From Reclinomonas americana ATCC 50394 (taxonomy: Eukaryota), in assembly GCA_048213135.1 (NCBI GenBank), contig PS015018.1:1-64000 (forward strand): DNA of 64,000 nt. The letters run 5' to 3'. Within the stretch, counting starts at the first letter, position 1. Every line of letters begins with the position of its first letter. A program made the position numbers and the translations under genes. This document shows positions 11,773 to 24,794 of the stretch, piece by piece. The notes below the pieces were generated by a model. That model was given only the letters and a program-made list of their open reading frames with translations. It was not told the DNA's origin and did no database searches.

Positions 11773-14700
11773 ATGGACGGCGCAGGGCAAGAGATTGTCA
11801 AGGTGCGCAAACAGCTGCAGTCTCTCTCACACACACTCTTACTCATCATATTNNNNNNNNNNNNNNNNNNNNNNNNNNNNNNNNNNNNNNNNNNNNNNNN
11901 NNNNNNNNNNNNNNNNNNNNNNNNNNNNNNNNNNNNNNNNNNNNNNNNNNNNNNNNNNNNNNNNNNNNNNNNNNNNNNNNNNNNNNNNNNNNNNNNNNNN
12001 NNNNNNNNNNNNNNNNNNNNNNNNNNNNNNNNNNNNNNNNNNNNNNNNNNNNNNNNNNNNNNNNNNNNNNNNNNNNNNNNNNNNNNNNNNNNNNNNNNNN
12101 NNNNNNNNNNNNNNNNNNNNNNNNNNNNNNNNNNNNNNNNNNNNNNNNNNNNNNNNNNNNNNNNNNNNNNNNNNNNNNNNNNNNNNNNNNNNNNNNNNNN
12201 NNNNNNNNNNNNNNNNNNNNNNNNNNNNNNNNNNNNNNNNNNNNNNNNNNNNNNNNNNNNNNNNNNNNNNNNNNNNNNNNNNNNNNNNNNNNNNNNNNNN
12301 NNNNNNNNNNNNNNNNNNNNNNNNNNNNNNNNNNNNNNNNNNNNNNNNNNNNNNNNNNNNNNNNNNNNNNNNNNNNNNNNNNNNNNNNNNNNNNNNNNNN
12401 NNNNNNNNNNNNNNNNNNNNNNNNNNNNNNNNNNNNNNNNNNNNNNNNNNNNNNNNNNNNNNNNNNNNNNNNNNNNNNNNNNNNNNNNNNNNNNNNNNNN
12501 NNNNNNNNNNNNNNNNNNNNNNNNNNNNNNNNNNNNNNNNNNNNNNNNNNNNNNNNNNNNNNNNNNNNNNNNNNNNNNNNNNNNNNNNNNNNNNNNNNNN
12601 NNNNNNNNNNNNNNNNNNNNNNNNNNNNNNNNNNNNNNNNNNNNNNNNNNNNNNNNNNNNNNNNNNNNNNNNNNNNNNNNNNNNNNNNNNNNNNNNNNNN
12701 NNNNNNNNNNNNNNNNNNNNNNNNNNNNNNNNNNNNNNNNNNNNNNNNNNNNNNNNNNNNNNNNNNNNNNNNNNNNNNNNNNNNNNNNNNNNNNNNNNNN
12801 NNNNNNNNNNNNNNNNNNNNNNNNCCGTGCCAGGCCATGTACTCGTATGAGACCAACCAAGAGTCTCATTTGCCGCTTGTGTGCGGCGAGTACATTGTCG
12901 TGTTGGAGAAGGACGCATCGGGTCAGTCACTTGTCAAGAGTCAGACAGCAGACAGCAGTCGCCGTCCGCTTACTTGTTCTCGCTCGCGCAGGCTGGTGGA
13001 TTGGTCGCAACTTCTCCGATGGTGTCGGCCTGTTTCCCGCCAACTACACGGCGTCGGTGACGACAGAGGAGCTGCGAATGCTGCAGGAGCGCATTGCGTC
13101 ATCGGATGTGTCGGCGATTACACAGTTGCAGACGGGGCGCAATGCCAGCGGACAGCTGACGGCGCGTGGTCGGCAAGCCAGTGTCACCTTTAAGAAGCCG
13201 CTGCGTCATGAGCCTGATTTGGCCACGTCCGGCGCCACTGCGCATCGTGCCAAGCAGATGCTCAGTGAGCTCGGGTTCGGTTCGTCATGTCTGCGTGCGC
13301 ACATTGAGCAAGCGCTTGCGGCGACACGATGTGCTGATGANNNNNNNNNNNNNNNNNNNNNNNNNNNNNNNNNNNNNNNNNNNNNNNNNNNNNNNNNNNN
13401 NNNNNNNNNNNNNNNNNNNNNNNNNNNNNNNNNNNNNNNNNNNNNNNNNNNNNNNNNNNNNNNNNNNNNNNNNNNNNNNNNNNNNNNNNNNNNNNNNNNN
13501 NNNNNNNNNNNNNNNNNNNNNNNNNNNNNNNNNNNNNNNNNNNNNNNNNNNNNNNNNNNNNNNNNNNNNNNNNNNNNNNNNNNNNNNNNNNNNNNNNNNN
13601 NNNNNNNNNNNNNNNNNNNNNNNNNNNNNNNNNNNNNNNNNNNNNNNNNNNNNNNNNNNNNNNNNNNNNNNNNNNNNNNNNNNNNNNNNNNNNNNNNNNN
13701 NNNNNNNNNNNNNNNNNNNNNNNNNNNNNNNNNNNNNNNNNNNNNNNNNNNNNNNNNNNNNNNNNNNNNNNNNNNNNNNNNNNNNNNNNNNNNNNNNNNN
13801 NNNNNNNNNNNNNNNNNNNNNNNNNNNNNNNNNNNNNNNNNNNNNNNNNNNNNNNNNNNNNNNNNNNNNNNNNNNNNNNNNNNNNNNNNNNNNNNNNNNN
13901 NNNNNNNNNNNNNNNNNNNNNNNNNNNNNNNNNNNNNNNNNNNNNNNNNNNNNNNNNNNNNNNNNNNNNNNNNNNNNNNNNNNNNNNNNNNNNNNNNNNN
14001 NNNNNNNNNNNNNNNNNNNNNNNNNNNNNNNNNNNNNNNNNNNNNNNNNNNNNNNNNNNNNNNNNNNNNNNNNNNNNNNNNNNNNNNNNNNNNNNNNNNN
14101 NNNNNNNNNNNNNNNNNNNNNNNNNNNNNNNNNNNNNNNNNNNNNNNNNNNNNNNNNNNNNNNNNNNNNNNNNNNNNNNNNNNNNNNNNNNNNNNNNNNN
14201 NNNNNNNNNNNNNNNNNNNNNNNNNNNNNNNNNNNNNNNNNNNNNNNNNNNNNNNNNNNNNNNNNNTGATGATGATGGCTACGCGCGTGTTGATTAGATG
14301 ACTCGGATGTGGATGGCTCCAGCAGCAGCTCGGATGGGGAGCCGAATGGTGGCGAGTCGGAAGTGGGGCCGTCGGTGACGGGTCCCGCGCCACCGTCGAT
14401 GCGACCACCATCGGGTGGTGCTGGCGTGGGTGGTGTGCGCAGGCTGCGCAAACAGTCGATGGCGTCGGCGGATTCCGACGAGCTGAAGGATCTGAACAAG
14501 CAGCTGGAGGACGAGCTGGAGAAGCTCAAGATTCGACTCGCCGACATGGCACAGATGCTGAAGAAGGAGACTGAGCGCGCCAACACACAACGCAACGCGT
14601 CCGGGCTGCAGAAGCAGCAGGCACTACGCTTCTCACGGGCCGCCAAGAAGTACAAGTCGCGGTATCGTCGGTTGAAGAAGCACTTGGACGACAACGAGGT

Positions 14701-17700
14701 GTCGTACCCGGAGCCGGCCGCCGACGACGACTATAGCGACGATTCGGATGACGACCGCGCGAGTGATGCTTCGTCCTCGCTGCTGTCCATGCCGCTGCCG
14801 GCTTCGACCTCAGGTCTTTCGGTGCCTGGCTCCATGTTGGGTTCGGGAGCGACCACAGCCGAGATGCAGGCACTGCAGGACACGGTTGCGCAGCAGGTGT
14901 GTGGGTGTGGTGTGAGTGGGGCGGCCCCTGCTTCTCACCCTTGCTGTTGGCTGACACGCGATGTGCAGTCACAAGAGCTGGAGAGTCTCCGCATGCAATT
15001 GCAGCAGAGCGAGTTGCAGCTGTCCGACGCAAGGTCAAATCTGGAGACGGCCGCTGTCGGTGGTGTGGCTGGTGGTGCGGCGGGCGACGCAGTCAAGCAG
15101 TACCAGAAGCAGATTGCCCAGCTGAAGAAGCTGGTGTCCAAGTACAAGGAGGAAAACGCACAGTTGAAGAGTGGCGCCGCCGCCAGTGGAAACGGCGCTG
15201 CGTCAGCGGCTGCTGCGGCGCCACCGCCACCACCGCCGCCGCCACCACCGCCGCCGCAGGCCCCGACGCTTCCGCCAGAGGAGGTTGAGCGGCTGCGCGG
15301 CCTGGAGGCTGAGGTGGCCACACTGCGACAGCGTGTGGAGCTGGCCAAGCGCAAGGTCAGTTGCTAGCGCACCGCCAAATCGGCCACTTCACGTAATAAG
15401 CGCTCATTCCTCTTTCCTCCTTTTTTTCCCCCTCCATGTAGACTGGCGGCAGCACTCAGCGTCTCGGCAACGTCAAGCTTGCTGTGTGCGAGCTTCGTGA
15501 ACAGATGGAGGCCGCACGCAGCGAGTACGAGGGCACATCACGCGAGATCTATCGCATGATGAAGGAGACTGTGAAGGCACTGCCGCGTGTACTGGCATCG
15601 GTGCGATACNNNNNNNNNNNNNNNNNNNNNNNNNNNNNNNNNNNNNNNNNNNNNNNNNNNNNNNNNNNNNNNNNNNNNNNNNNNNNNNNNNNNNNNNNNN
15701 NNNNNNNNNNNNNNNNNNNNNNNNNNNNNNNNNNNNNNNNNNNNNNNNNNNNNNNNNNNNNNNNNNNNNNNNNNNNNNNNNNNNNNNNNNNNNNNNNNNN
15801 NNNNNNNNNNNNNNNNNNNNNNNNNNNNNNNNNNNNNNNNNNNNNNNNNNNNNNNNNNNNNNNNNNNNNNNNNNNNNNNNNNNNNNNNNNNNNNNNNNNN
15901 NNNNNNNNNNNNNNNNNNNNNNNNNNNNNNNNNNNNNNNNNNNNNNNNNNNNNNNNNNNNNNNNNNNNNNNNNNNNNNNNNNNNNNNNNNNNNNNNNNNN
16001 NNNNNNNNNNNNNNNNNNNNNNNNNNNNNNNNNNNNNNNNNNNNNNNNNNNNNNNNNNNNNNNNNNNNNNNNNNNNNNNNNNNNNNNNNNNNNNNNNNNN
16101 NNNNNNNNNNNNNNNNNNNNNNNNNNNNNNNNNNNNNNNNNNNNNNNNNNNNNNNNNNNNNNNNNNNNNNNNNNNNNNNNNNNNNNNNNNNNNNNNNNNN
16201 NNNNNNNNNNNNNNNNNNNNNNNNNNNNNNNNNNNNNNNNNNNNNNNNNNNNNNNNNNNNNNNNNNNNNNNNNNNNNNNNNNNNNNNNNNNNNNNNNNNN
16301 NNNNNNNNNNNNNNNNNNNNNNNNNNNNNNNNNNNNNNNNNNNNNNNNNNNNNNNNNNNNNNNNNNNNNNNNNNNNNNNNNNNNNNNNNNNNNNNNNNNN
16401 NNNNNNNNNNNNNNNNNNNNNNNNNNNNNNNNNNNNNNNNNNNNNNNNNNNNNNNNNNNNNNNNNNNNNNNNNNNNNNNNNNAATCACCCGATTTTTGCT
16501 GTCTTATTCCCGTCTTCTGCTCACTCGCGTGTCGTGCAGACGAACGAGTTGCTGGCCAAGTACCGCAAGGAGCAGCACGAGCGACGCAAGTTGTTCAACC
16601 AGCTGCAGGAGCTGCGCGGAAACATTCGTGTGGTGTGCCGTGTGCGTCCGCTCGGTGTGGCTGGCGGTGGCGAAACTGTGCCGTGTGTGGTTGTCGACGA
16701 CCAGTACGGTCTCACGGTGGAGGATCCAGCCAAGAATCGTGCGCAGTCGTTCGAATTCGACGCTGTGTTTGGTCCCGCATCCACGCAGCAGGCGGTGTTT
16801 GACGACATCAAGGCACTGTCGACGTCGGTGATGGATGGCTACAATGTGTGCATCTTTGCGTACGGTCAGACCGGTTCCGGCAAGACCCACACGGTGTGTG
16901 TAATTGGATAGAGCGGCGATCACAATGTGTCCTCACGACGTTTTATTGTCGTTGCAGATGGAAGGCGACAGACACTCAGAGCAGATGCGCGGTATCAATT
17001 TCCGCACCATTGCCGAGCTGTTCGAGTTGATCGACCAACGGCGGCCCGACTGGGAGTACGAAGTCGCCGTGTCCGTCATTGAGATTTACAACGACAAGGT
17101 GTACGATCTGCTCGGCTCGCGCTCCAATCCGCGTGAGGAATCGTTGCGTCTGCCACTCGACTGTTTCTTTCTGCTTGCCTACTGACACGCGCCTCTTTCC
17201 GCCGTCCCCACAGCATCGACATTCGTCAAACCAAGGCCGGTCTGGAGGCACCACAGTTGGTGCGCCGGCATGTGTCTGCCGTGCACGAGACGCTGGCCAT
17301 TCTCGACGAGGGTTACTCAAATCGCTGCGTGCAAGTCACGAACATGAATGAGCACTCGTCCCGCTCGCATTGGTGCGTTATCGTGCCCTCCTCTCTCTCT
17401 CTCTTGCGCTTGCTTTCCGATTTGAGGTGGTGCATCTTGTGCTGACGACCATTATTCTCGTGCTCGTGGCGATGCAGCGCTCTGCTAGTGTGGGTGGAGG
17501 GTGAGTTGGCTCGCATTCCGTGTTCGCTCGCTCGCTCTCTCTCACCGCGCTTCTTTGCAGGCTTCAACACCATTGCCGGACAGGGAGTGAGGTCACGACT
17601 GAACCTGGTCGATCTTGCCGGTTCGGAACGCATCAAGAAGACGGGTGCCACTGGCGACCGCCTGAAGGAGGCCCAGAATATCAACCTGAGTCTGTCGGCC

Positions 17701-18027
17701 CTCGGCAATGTCATCCAGTCGCTGCAACAGAAGAACGCCCATCACCCGTTCCGCGACTCGAAGCTCACGCTACTGCTGCAAGACTCACTGGGTACGTTCA
17801 CCGTGTGCACACCCTTCCCCGGGCGTGCTTGCTAATATGTTGTTGTCGCTGCAGGTGGTGACTCGAAGGTCAACATGATTGTCAACGTGTCACCTGCCGT
17901 GGAAAACGTGACGGAAACCATCAGCTCCCTCACGTTTGCCAGCCGCGCTCGTGCCGTCGAACTTGGCAAGGCCGAGAAGCAAGTGGTGTCCGGACGGGGT
18001 GGCGGAGGATCGTCGTCAAACTCGTGA
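11773..18027 (+). CDS. kinesin-14 (C-terminal motor) with N-terminal SH3 domain, coiled coils and poly-Pro tract
   Basis: SH3: VKAMYSYE...[23 protein letters not shown]...GLFPANY. Kinesin-14 neck [25 protein letters not shown]-loop GQTGSGKT, switch I NEHSSRSH, switch II DLAGSER, then [19 protein letters not shown]. Includes a 23-nt microexon at 17478-17500. All three gaps fall in introns with compatible phases. Confidence 0.85.
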
Positions 18028-18270
18028 GCGCTGCTCGGCGCAGTGCAGCGGCCGATGTGTGCCCCGCTCTCATCGTTTTTTTTGTTATCCGTTACATGTG
18101 TGTGTGTGTGTGTGTGTTCTTGCGTGTTTTGCAATGTTTGTGCTGCCAGCAGCCGTTACCAAGAGAATTTTCCCCCTCCTTTTTTCCGTTTCCCCCCTTT
18201 CCCCCCGACTACAAAAGAGTATTTGTTGAACTGTACTTGTGTGCATCTATTGTGGATGCTGGGGCATTGC

Positions 18271-19785
18271 TCACAGCTCGTCGAGCAGCACAGGCTGCTG
18301 CTCGTCCGGCTCGGCCAAACCATGCCGCTCCAGCATTTGCTGCACCATGCGTGTGGCAGCCTCCCCGCTAAACTCGGTGGTGGAGTGGCGGGCCTTGTAG
18401 TCGAACTTGAACGCCTCGATCGATCCGCTCTTGTGCGACACGACAGTGTAGAGCAGCGGGGTCGACAGCAGCGCCATTCGCTCGCCAGTCTGCAGCATGC
18501 GCAACGACAGGTTCATGTCGTCGCCGTAGATGGCCGCCGGGAAGTTGACCATGTGATCCTTGGCGCACAGCAGCGTGCGATCCCACACACCCGCCGCCGA
18601 GAGGAATACGCGGTTGTCGGAGGGTCGCCACACGCGCACGTGCGAGAGCACCACGGCGTGCACGTCCAGCTGCCGCAGCGCACTGAACTGCACCGCCAGA
18701 CGATCTGGGTCGTGCAGATCGTCGTCCTCCCACATGGCAAAGTAGTCGCCGCTGGCGCGCTGCATACCCAGATTCTTCAACGCGCCCAACGTCAGCGGCG
18801 AGTCGGCCGGCAGTCGCACGTACACCACGGGCGCCTCGGTGACTGTCGACGCCACCACCTCCACGGCCGAGTCGGCCTCCTTGGAGACGATGATCATTTC
18901 TCGATTGGGATACGATTGCCGCCGGAACAAGTCAATGGCCCGAATGGCCATGGCCGTGCGTCCCCACGTCACCATGATGCACGAGATTCGCGGCAGCTGC
19001 TGCTCCACATGCTGCAGCGGGTGCGTCACCACACCAGTCTGCATGTAGCGCAGGTCGAGCGACGTGGACTCGGCGACCGGCGTGTAGAAGCGCACGCGAT
19101 CCCACACTGCGAGCAAGTCAGCACACACACACAAGGGAGGAAGAGACAAGCTGGAGAAAGACAGTGTGTGTGTGTGCGCGTGTAACTTGTCGGTGTCACA
19201 GCCTAATACGAAAAAAATGAGACAGACAAATAGAAGCAGGAGAAGCAGGAGAAGAAGAAGAGACACACCCAACGAGAAAACGTCTGAGGACTGTCGAGGT
19301 GGCCTCGCACGGCATCGCACTGTGAAGGATCGTCGGCCACTCGCCACGAATTCGGCGACACACACACATACGCGGTCGTCTGTGTGCACAAACGCTCGCC
19401 ACACGCATTCTTCAACGAGAACGGGTTGTACTGGTCGCACAGACAGCGATGCGTCTGGCAGTGGAGAGAAGAGTGAGAGAGAGAGTGAGAGTGACATTCT
19501 TCCGATCACTCACCTCTCCGTCAAACAGCATGAATGTCGCCGATGCGTCATCATACCCGCGCAGTTCCACATTGCCCAGCACTGATGCACACACAGAGAC
19601 ATACGGAGAGAGAGAGAGGGAGAGTCACATGCAGAACATGCAAGGTATCACAAACACACACACACATAAAGAACAAAATTGAGATACATGTGGGCGTGAG
19701 AAGAGAGGGAGAGAGCAAACTCGCCTGCACTCGCACACAGCACAAGTGCAACACACACTGCACACACTGCTCTTGCTCGATGCAT
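18271..19785 (-). CDS. glycosyltransferase family 2 (GT-A fold) with signal peptide
   Basis: MHRARAVCAVCVALVLCASA, then a GC-AG intron (19582-19724). Catalytic exon PRISCIMVTWGR..AIRAIDLFRRQSYPNREMIIV...LGALKNLGMQRASGDYFAMWEDDD..DPDRLAVQ. The middle exon boundaries are less certain. Confidence 0.8.
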
Positions 19786-19965
19786 GATTGGGCAATCGAG
19801 AGCGGCCCACGTATTATTCGCTACACCACCAAACCAATTCGGTTGATCGCAGCGCAGCGCAGCGCGGGAAAGTCCCTTTCTCCTTGCACTCGCGCATATA
19901 CACACACACTCCCTCCTGCCACCTCTCCTCTCTCTCGCTCATCGCACTTGTGTGTGAACCTCTCA
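19786..19965. promoter_or_regulatory. putative bidirectional promoter between divergent GT2 and GT77-like genes
   Basis: A 180-nt spacer between two head-to-head ATGs, with CCAAT boxes in both orientations (attgg near 19787, ccaat near 19834). Confidence 0.4.
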
Positions 19966-22877
19966 ATGCGTATGCGCTGGAGAGGAGTGGTGGTACTTGT
20001 GCTGCTGCCGCTGCTCCTCGCACTCCTCGCACAATGTCGTGCAGGAGAAGTCACCAGCGAGACCATCCTCGTGCGTCTCTCCCCGCGACTGCCTGATGGC
20101 ACTCTCGATGCGGAGACGCCACACGAGGTGCTCGTGGATGCGGCGCGTGTGCTGGAGAACGCCTGGACTGAGTCGTTGTTGTTGGCGTCGATTGAGTCGG
20201 TGTTCGTGACCGTGGAGGAGTGGGGGTTGCGTGGGGAGTCGTTGCGTTTCGCGGGTCATCAGCGAGTGGGCGAGGCCGGTGAGTGAGTTCCATATATCTG
20301 TGCACATCATCATTTGTAGCGCTGACTGGTGACGCTTTCCGTACGCGTGTCCGCGGCCGCAAAGTGATACACTTGTTGCGGGAGCATCGCATACCCGTGA
20401 ATCTGCAGACGCAGTCGGCGGTGTTGGCAAATGTGTTGCCAGCGATGCTGGTGTGTGCGAATATCACACCATCGGTCTCACGCTCGAATTCATCGTGCCT
20501 TCTTGCATGCAACCTCACAGCGAGCACTAGCGGTTCATGTCGGGTGCGGTTACCTCTTTGCGGAGGCGGGTGATGTGGACTTGCTGCACGATTGCCCGTC
20601 GGCGCTCATCCCACCGCTGCTTGGCGCTATTGGAAGTGGCTGGAAGGTGGTCGTTTCTGAGCTGAATGATTCCGTGGACGTCATGCTGGAGGGCCACCAG
20701 TCGATTCGAGCTGCTGGTGTGTGTCGCTCCCCTTGTTCCCCCTTTCCAATTCCATGTCACTGACGAATAATCATCACGTGCACATCCTCAGCTTTCGCCC
20801 ACAGTGTGACCCTCGGAGGTCGTCTCCCGGAGGCGTATGTCACCGCCGGCGTGCGAGCGGGCTGGGATCTGTTCAGCAATGTGCGTTTCGCCCACACGCC
20901 GTGGCGTGCTGTCATCTGTCATTTCACCGACACTTTTCCCTTCCCTTCTCTCTTGTGTTGCAGTTGGCACAGCCGGGAGAGCTGTGGGACGCACGACGAC
21001 AGTGGTGTGAGCGAGCCATATTCTCTGCCATGGTTTGTCGATGCCGACGACGGCGAGCCGTCTCATCTCTAGCTCGAGATAACACTGCATCCCATGGCAC
21101 AGTTCATTCCTCTTCGTGGTCTCCCTGTGGCCGCGACCGCGCCACCCACCATCGCTGGCACTACATTGTATCGACCATTCCTGGCCGAGTGGACGCACGG
21201 GAAGGAGTTGGCCACGAAGGCACTGCTGTCGAGCTCAATATGGCCCAGCAGTGTTGTGTGCCTCCTTCCGCACCACGGTGAGTGCTGCGCGCTGTGTGAC
21301 ACCACCTGTCTCTTCTTTCTTGTGAATGTACGAGCCGCGCGCGCGATGCAGCAGGCGAGGAGACCGACACGCTCGACTGCGATCACATGGGACCGGCTTT
21401 CGGCGCACGCCGACTCGACCTGCACCTGCCACCGCTCCCCGACCGCGACCCACTGCCTGCGGATGCGCCGGAGTACTTGCCCTCGCAGCTTTTTCCGCCG
21501 TCTTTGTGTCAGTCGATGGAGCTCACGCTGTTCAACTCGCTCACTTCGCCTCGGGCGTTGGTCGAGGCCGCTGAGGCCATTGGAAATCCGCGTGCACCAC
21601 AGCCACTGTCGCTTTTCCCGCCAGGCACCGAGTACCGTGAGCATACGCCGACGCTACAGCGCCTTGCCGCACTGCTGGCTGCAGACGAGCGCTTTCACAT
21701 TCGGTTCCCGGGTTCGTCGGAGAAGCTCATCGTGTACACCACGTTTGACGCCGGTCCGAATGAGCGCCACCCCGATCGACAGCTTTACGGAATTGCACTC
21801 ATATACAACTGGCTGCTCACCTTCTTCAAGCAACACGTAGACAACGTGATTCCCCTCATTGTGTGCAACAACGAGGCCACTCTCGCCGCCGTGCAAAGTA
21901 TTCTCAGCGACAACATCAAGCACATTGCGTTCCTGGACGAGACTCGCTGGTGCGTTGTTGCAGCCGTCTTCCTGCCTGTGTGCACAGTACAGAACATGTT
22001 ACTCATTGAACCTCCCTTGCTGCTCTCAATAAAAAAACAGGGGCAGCGACAGAGGCCTGATGCCGTTCAACTACAATCCCGTCAACAATTTCAAGTACGC
22101 GTACGCTTACATGCTGGCACGCTGTGGCTATCGGTCACTCTTCCTCGATGCTGACGCGGTGTTCACACGACCCGTGTGGGAGCTGGAGCAGCTTGCGGAT
22201 TCCAATGATGCCACCGCGCCTGACATTTTGTCGCAACCCGACCATCTCGATTGGAGCGAAGATGTGTCTCCGATGCTTGTCTCCACGCCGGCGGAGCGAA
22301 TGCGTGCGCCATGGCTGCACCTTTTCCGTACGTCTGCTAACGACACTCGTCGTAATGTTGTGTGTTACGCGAGGGACAGCTTTCTGTGATGATCATGTGC
22401 GCAACGACGTTGACTTTCATTTTGCGCTCCGCAGTTCCCTTTCATGTGTCGCGAGCATCGGCGGCATCTGGGCATCAGCGTCGGTGTGTTATATGTGCGC
22501 CCGACAGTCTACTCCCTCCGCTTGCTGGCGTTTGTCGTGGGCTATCTCGATGCCGAATGGGAAACCATCAATGGTCAGCGCCTCTGCCAGGCGACGATTG
22601 AGGCGCATGTGCGGCTTGGGCGCCTGCGTTTTGACTGGTTCGACTTGCGGCGAGTGTCGACCGAGTGGAGCTTCCGTGCCATGGAGAGGCAACAGCTGAC
22701 GCGACCCTTTGAGGACTCACACTTGCCAGTAATTGTAAGTCCGGATCCTGTGCAGTGATGCTTAATGCTCGCCTCATTACTCATCGCGATCGGTGGTGCA
22801 TGTAGGCACATGCCATGGGCGTGCGGGCTAACAAGATCGTGGAACTGGGCGATCTTGGTTTGTGGCTGGTTCCATAG
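19966..22877 (+). CDS. secreted/Golgi protein with C-terminal nucleotide-diphospho-sugar transferase (GT77-like) domain
   Basis: Signal peptide MRMRWRGVVVLVLLPLLLALLAQCRA. C-terminal motifs LIYNWL, FKYAYAYMLARCGYRSLFLDADAVF (DxD), GISVGVLYVRPT and AHAMG...KIVELGDLGLWLVP*. The N-terminal half is unrecognised and some exon borders are uncertain. Confidence 0.65.
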
Positions 22878-22999
22878 ACGAAACGTACTGCGGATTCAAG
22901 CAAGCTGCTACTTTATGTTATTCAAGTACAACTCAGCGAAAATCTGCTGTCAACAACAACACCCCCCTTGTCCGCGCATGCTGGCACTCTGTTGGTTGA

Positions 23000-24682
23000 C
23001 TAACTGCGTGTGGACGCTGACACCTCGCCCTGCTGTTGCTCCCTCTTCGTCATGTAGTTGTCGAGGCGAGTGCGCACCTCGTCGTACAGCTCCGGTTGTT
23101 GCTGCATGCGGCGCTCATACTCGGCAGCGTGCTTCTCCGACGCACACAGATCACGCATCTTGCTGAACGAGTGATGGCCGACCTGCGCAACTGCGTGGTG
23201 AGCTACGTGCAATCAAGAGTCATGAATGCGCTTTGCGCATGCACCTTACGAGCGGCCCAGTTGACGAGCCAGTCGGGAATCAGCTTGAGCTTGGGATCAA
23301 AATTGCTGTGCATTGGTGGCGACACACCGATTCACTTTCACGAGAACCTCTGACTTGGCAGACAGGAGCACGAACCTCAGCATGATCAAGCGACACGAGT
23401 CGCGAGTGAGTGGCGAGACGGTGAAACTGCGTGGCGTCAAATGTCAGGGCACACGGCCTCAACACCGCAACACAAGATCCGTGCACGCAACCCCGCGATT
23501 GGCATATCGATGCGCACAGTGCTCTTCTTGGGCGGTGGCAACGGCAGCGCACTGTCTGGCGAGCGTGGCGGTTTGAAGATGATCTTTTCGTACGACTCGA
23601 TCGTTTCGCCGACAACCACAAAAGCGCCGTGAGCCTCCAGCGCGTCGACGCCATAACCGTACACTGGAGATACGTGCATCATAAGAGAAAGAAAAGCTGA
23701 GTGAATAATCACCAGGGCGCAACACGTGCGACGCACCAACGCAATCGCGGTCGGAGATGATCGGCACACCAATCGCTGCATGCATAACGATGCGCGCGCG
23801 ATCGGGACGGGCCAACTCAACGCACTCGCGCATGTTTGGCACCCTACATGACGCGTGAGCATGAGGCAAACAGCGTACTCGAAACGGAAGCGAAAGCCTC
23901 GACAACAGCCACACGTACCAGTCCTTCCACAGATCCATCTCATTCAACACCGCAATCACCTTCAATGCACTGGCCGGAATGTCGCCCTCGATGCGCAGCG
24001 TCTGCAACGTCATGCCCGGCAGCGACTTCCAGCAGATGCGAATGCCTTTGGAGTTGTTCACCTCCTTCCACCCTGTGTTGCTGTGTGGTGAGCCACAGCA
24101 GAAGAAGGAGAAATACCAAGTGAAAAAACACGCCTTCCTCCTCGTACGTCAACGCGATAATCTGGTCAAAGCGCTCACGTTCCACACGAATGGTCCCAAA
24201 CTTGCTGTCCGCGCGTCGCAACTCCTCCAACATGGCGCGACTGTGACTTTCTGTCACCCGCGCATCAGTTGCGTGCTCTCGTGCTCTCTTACACACACGC
24301 TCTCTCTCACCCGCGGGTGTCTCCGGATGCTGTGCAACCCACTCCAGTCGCTGCGTGACTTTGCGCAGTGTGTCATCCGCCTTGGTAACAAACAAACACA
24401 ATCAATCAGTCGGCGGCGCTCATCGTGCACATGGAAAGGCAAGCAAAAAGACGCAACATGAACAAGCATTTCCTCATGAAACGGCACCATGATGGCATCG
24501 ACGACACGCTGCCACTCGTCGGCCTCCGCCGAGTGCACCCACGCTGGTGGCACACGAGCGCTCACATCCTCGAACAAGAGCTCCTCCTCCAGCCACGCGC
24601 ACAGTTCGGCCCACTCTGCCATGTGCGCTGTGCTTGTCACACTGTGCGACATGCTGCTGCTGCCGCCTGAGCCCGACGCCAT
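23000..24682 (-). CDS. START/SRPBCC-domain lipid-binding protein
   Basis: Spliced: GWKEVNNSKGIRICWK...LRIEGDI...VIAVLNEMDLWKDWVP...PIISDRDCV...GFTVSPL...NFDPKLKLIPDWLVNWAARK, the START signature. Has one GC-AG intron (24073-24133) and one GTTGCG donor (23491). Confidence 0.8.
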
Positions 24683-24794
24683 TCAAAGAGTCGCGATCGA
24701 GGCGGGACACTGCGTTGCGCCATGATTGGAAGTTTTTGTTTGTTTTTTGTGTGTGTTGTACATTACAAGAGCTCAGATGCATTCGCTATACTGC

